This document shows positions 61,713 to 64,000 of a stretch of DNA of 64,000 nucleotides, one piece after another. The notes beneath the pieces are model-generated. The model made no database searches. It saw nothing but the letters and a program-made list of their open reading frames with translations, and had not been told where the DNA came from. Both the position numbers and the translations under genes were made by a program. Within the stretch, counting starts at the first letter, position 1; every line of letters starts with the position of its first letter. The stretch comes from Candidatus Latescibacterota bacterium (GTDB taxonomy: Bacteria; Latescibacterota; UBA2968; UBA8231): NCBI GenBank assembly GCA_965221775.1, contig CBDCSU010000006.1, positions 160,001-224,000 on the forward strand. The letters run 5' to 3'.

Positions 61713-63488
61713 TCAGGCCGTCGTCTCGCCCTCCCCCTCGGCGCCCCAGCTCTCCATCTCCTCGTCCTCGTCCTCGGGCTCCTCGGGCTCCTCGACCTCC
61801 CGCACCGGGTGGGCGGCGGTGTACTCGTCGACCTCGCTCTGATCCTTGTCGCGCAGGTACTCGAGGACGCTGAGGACGATCTTCTTCTGCTCCTCGTCGA
61901 ACTCGATCACCTTCAGCGGCAGCTCCTGGCCGACCTCGAAACTCTGGCGGGGAGTCTCGAGCCCCTCGATGGCGAGCTGCGACAGGGGCACGAAGCCGTC
62001 CACGTCGTTCTCCAGGCTCACCACGACACCGCGCTCGAGCATGCGCGACACCGTCCCTTTCGACTCGGTGCCGACGGCGTAGATCCTGACCAGCTCCGGC
62101 CACGGATTGTCGAAAGCGACCTTGTGGCTCAGGGAAATGCGGCGCCGCTTCTTGTCGATGTCGGTGACCACCACGGGGATGACATCGCCCTTCTTGAACA
62201 TCTCGCTGGCCTGGCGGATGCGGCGCGTCCAGGACATGTCCGAGATGTGCACGAGGCCGTCGATGCCCTCCTCGATCTCGACGAAGGCGCCGAAGTTGGT
62301 CAGGCTCTTCACCGTGCCCTCCAGGCGGGTGCCGCCCGGATAGCGGTTGTCCAGGGTCTCCCAGGGATCGGGGTCGGTCTGCTTCATCCCCAGGGAGATC
62401 TTCTGGTTCTCCACGTCGAGCTTGAGGACCATCACCTCCACCCGGTCGCCGATGGTGACCAGCTTGGAGGGATGGCGCACGTGCTGGGTCCAGGACATCT
62501 CGGAGATGTGCACCAGCCCCTCGATGCCCTCCTCGAGCTCGACGAAGGCGCCGTAGTCGGTGATGCTCACCACCTTGCCCTTGGTGGTGGTGCCCTCCGG
62601 GAAGCGGTCGCCGATGTCGTCCCAGGGATGGGGGGTGAGCTGCTTGAGGCCCAGGGAGATGCGCTCCCGCTCGCGGTCGTAGTTGAGGACCTTGACGCGG
62701 ATGCGGTCGCCGATGGAGACCATCTCCGACGGGTGGGAGACGCGCCCCCAGGACATGTCGGTGATGTGCAGCAGGCCGTCGAGGCCGCCCAGGTCGATGA
62801 AGGCGCCGAAGTCGGTGATGTTCTTGACCACGCCCTCGCGGATCTGGCCGTCCTCGAGCTCGGCCACCAGCTCCTGGCGCATCTTCTCGCGCTCCTCCTC
62901 GAGGACGGAGCGCCGCGACACGACGATGTTCCGCCGCGCCTTGTTGAGCTTGATGATCTTGAACTCGTACTCGTTGCCGAGGTACTGGTCGAAGTTCTTC
63001 ACCTGCCGGATGTCGATCTGCGACCCGGGCAGGAACGCCTCGACGCCGAGGAGGTCGACGACGATGCCGCCCTTGATCCGGCGCATCAGCCGGCCGCGCA
63101 CCGTCGTGCCGCCCTCGTGGGCGTCCTTGATGCTGTCCCAGACGCGCATGAAGTCGGCCTTCTGCTTGGACAGCACCACGCACCCCTCGAGGTCCTCCAC
63201 GTTCTCGAGGAAGACGTCGATCTCCTGGCCGATGTCGATCGCCGAGGGATCGTCGCCGAACTCGCGGATCGGGATCGCCCCCTCGGACTTGAAGCCGATG
63301 TCGACGAGGACCTCGTTGGGGTTGACGTTCACCACCTTCCCCTTGACGATCTCGCCTTCCTTGATGCCGGAGAAGCTGTCGTCGTACATCTGTGCGAGCT
63401 GCTCGAACTCCTGCTCGTCGTACTCCGGCCGGTCGAGCTCCTCGATGCTGGCCTGCCCGTACACGGGCGCGGCGGTCTCTTCGGTCAT
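61713..63488 (-). CDS. rpsA: 30S ribosomal protein S1
   Basis: Six S1 domains ([50 protein letters not shown]). Confidence 0.98.
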   Translation of the reverse strand: MTEETAAPVYGQASIEELDRPEYDEQEFEQLAQMYDDSFSGIKEGEIVKGKVVNVNPNEVLVDIGFKSEGAIPIREFGDDPSAIDIGQEIDVFLENVEDLEGCVVLSKQKADFMRVWDSIKDAHEGGTTVRGRLMRRIKGGIVVDLLGVEAFLPGSQIDIRQVKNFDQYLGNEYEFKIIKLNKARRNIVVSRRSVLEEEREKMRQELVAELEDGQIREGVVKNITDFGAFIDLGGLDGLLHITDMSWGRVSHPSEMVSIGDRIRVKVLNYDRERERISLGLKQLTPHPWDDIGDRFPEGTTTKGKVVSITDYGAFVELEEGIEGLVHISEMSWTQHVRHPSKLVTIGDRVEVMVLKLDVENQKISLGMKQTDPDPWETLDNRYPGGTRLEGTVKSLTNFGAFVEIEEGIDGLVHISDMSWTRRIRQASEMFKKGDVIPVVVTDIDKKRRRISLSHKVAFDNPWPELVRIYAVGTESKGTVSRMLERGVVVSLENDVDGFVPLSQLAIEGLETPRQSFEVGQELPLKVIEFDEEQKKIVLSVLEYLRDKDQSEVDEYTAAHPVREVEEPEEPEDEDEEMESWGAEGEGETTA

Positions 63489-63620
63489 TGGACTTCTTCC
63501 GTCTCGCCTCCGGGGCCGCCCGTCAGGCCGGCGCCGGGGGGTTGTGGGCTCCGGCCAGGCCGGGAACCCGGGTTGAAGAACCGGCTCGCCCTCGTGGCGG
63601 GCCGGCAGAACGGGACTCTC

Positions 63621-63998
63621 TCAGGCGCCGCGCGCGCGCGCCAGCGCCACGATGCGGTCCACCACCTGGGCGGCCGTCAGGCCGCTGGTGTCCACCTCCA
63701 CCGCATCCTCCGGGGCCTCGGCGACGCCGTAGTCGCGCTCGGCGTCCTCCCGGTCGCGCCGGCGGATGTCGGCGCGCACGCGGGACAGGCTGATCTCGAC
63801 GCCGGCGGCGACGAACTCCCGGTGCCGGCGGCGGGCCCTGGCCTCCAGGTCGGCGACCATGCGCACCTTCAGGTCCGCATGGGGAAAGACGACCGTGCTC
63901 ATGTCGCGGCCTTCGGCGACGACGCCGCCGCAGCGGCCGATCTCGCGTTGCCGCCGCACCAGGGCGCGGCGCACCACGGGATCGTCGGCGAAGGCGCC
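63621..63998 (-). CDS. cmk: Cytidylate kinase, 5'-truncated by the window edge
   Basis: [42 protein letters not shown]; canonical cmk-rpsA order. Confidence 0.93.
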   Translation of the reverse strand, partial: GAFADDPVVRRALVRRQREIGRCGGVVAEGRDMSTVVFPHADLKVRMVADLEARARRRHREFVAAGVEISLSRVRADIRRRDREDAERDYGVAEAPEDAVEVDTSGLTAAQVVDRIVALARARGA

Positions 63999-64000
63999 CA

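Overview
High-GC bacterial chromosomal window. The gene content suggests an FCB-group lineage such as Ca. Latescibacterota or Gemmatimonadota, possibly host- or sponge-associated; this is an inference from FlgD-Ig-type C-terminal domains, a PorZ-like propeller, DUF4159/DUF4175/MoxR genes and a WD40 eukaryote-like protein. Positions 1-23.5 kb are a rearranged accessory region: an SMC/YhaN-like ATPase with paired internal duplications, a Schlafen/AlbA_2 ATP-binding protein, a 1645-aa secreted metalloprotease-WD40 protein, several gene-fragment scars, and a copper-efflux cluster (Cys-rich leader ORF, cusC-cusB-cusA-like, small gene, copA). The rest is mostly housekeeping on the minus strand: cysH-cysC-sat, a suf operon with an intein in sufB, a MoxR/DUF58 cluster, priA, rodZ, maf, dtd, lptD, rlmB, mutS, rpsA and cmk. 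Two signals stand out, and neither appears as a correct gene model in the ORF track. (1) A putative selenoprotein (15020-15361, minus; PCYCGC-like family, UxxC motif, bacterial SECIS-like hairpin right after the in-frame TGA) wedged between cusA and copA. (2) A complete classical cysteine-sensing transcription attenuator upstream of cysH-cysC-sat: promoter, 37-aa leader peptide with six consecutive Cys codons, antiterminator and intrinsic terminator. All calls were made by eye from motifs; no database searches were run.
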